64,000 bases of DNA from Lama glama (taxonomy: Eukaryota), in contig CM052816.1 of the NCBI GenBank assembly GCA_028534125.1, forward strand, positions 85,686,001 to 85,750,000. The letters run 5' to 3'. The position numbers and the translations under genes are program-made. Each line of letters opens with the position of its first letter. Positions within the stretch are counted from its first letter, which is position 1. This document shows positions 63,205-64,000 of this stretch, one piece after another. The notes below the pieces were generated by a model, which was not told the DNA's origin, searched no databases, and saw only the letters and a program-made list of their open reading frames with translations.

Positions 63205-64000
63205 ACAAACAGAGATAGTGCTTCCACTGCTATTTAGAATACATAGAAATGCTGTATAAAATAAACATTTATATATTAAAATATACAGTGAGATTAAATA
63301 AGGAAAGAGAAACTAGAATTGGTATAAAGAAAAAGCAGTAAGCACTTAAAACTTATGATACATTGGCACTGAAGCGGATGGTAACTAATTAAACAGAAAA
63401 GTACAAATTGGAAACTAAAGGCTGGCATTTTGATGCTAAACTGAGGACAGGAGAGAAATGCGTTCTTAAGAATGCAAAAAGGAGAAACTGGAAGTGAGCT
63501 ACTTTGTAAAATGAAGACAACAGAAAAACTTACTGGAAGTAAGGGAATGAGTGAATGGAGAAAGGAAGGACTAAAGAATAAAAATCTCTTTTATCCTGCC
63601 CAGGCAAAAAGAGAGGTCATGTCTCTGCCTATGACTTAGGCAGTAACCTGCATGAGTAGAAGTACAAATATGCAGCTGATTTCACATGATATTTAGTCTT
63701 ACTAGATCTTTGTGGCATCTGATAGGTAGGTATTATAGAATAAAGTAATGATGAAAAAGACTAGAAAAAGCATTTAAAGATATTTTAAGATGTTCACAAT
63801 TAAAGAAAAAATATGATCTGTTCGGGAATGTAAAATAATAGCAAAACTAGACAGATTTTAGTGACTAAAGAACATTAAACATAAAGCAACAATTTTAAGA
63901 TCAAAACAGAAGGCAGAATACTTATAAATAAACAACATTATTGACAAAGCAGTTCCTGCTTGTCAGGCACATTAGAAGCCAGAAAAGAATACGAAAAATA
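63205..64000 (+). mobile_element. Ancient L1/HAL1-like 5' and ORF1 remnant
   Basis: 'atagaaatgctgtataaaata' 5' motif followed by a purine-rich ORF1-like tract. Confidence 0.4.

Noticed and set aside
1..64000. CRISPR arrays, operons, tRNA/rRNA genes, endogenous non-retroviral virus ORFs, ERV gag/pol/env
   Set aside because: I found no repeat-spacer periodicity, structured RNA signature or viral protein motif. The LTRs appear to be solo.

Overview
AT-rich eutherian genomic DNA with no intact protein-coding gene, RNA gene or prokaryote-type system that I can support. Roughly half the window is transposon debris: L1 of several ages, MIR and L2, ERV1/ERVL/MaLR solo LTRs, and hAT and Tigger DNA transposons. 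There is one 500-N assembly gap (39497-39996). The young L1 3' UTRs resemble camelid (alpaca/camel) L1, and I saw no Alu, B1/B2, Bov-A/BovB, PRE-1 or Can-SINE, so a camelid source is likely (inference). Most interesting: (1) a chain of minus-strand exon-like blocks (35454-30767) whose stop-interrupted translation resembles a TSLP/IL-7-type four-helix cytokine, possibly a dead unannotated cytokine gene (speculative, aligned by eye); (2) a TSD-flanked, 5'-complete young L1 that keeps ORF1 but lacks almost all of ORF2 (half-L1/HAL1-like); (3) three 5'-inverted (twin-primed) L1s with breakpoints at nearly the same ORF2 position; (4) a MER41-like LTR with an overlapping GAS and NF-kB motif. Repeat family names come from recall of consensus sequences, not from a search, and boundaries of old repeats are approximate.
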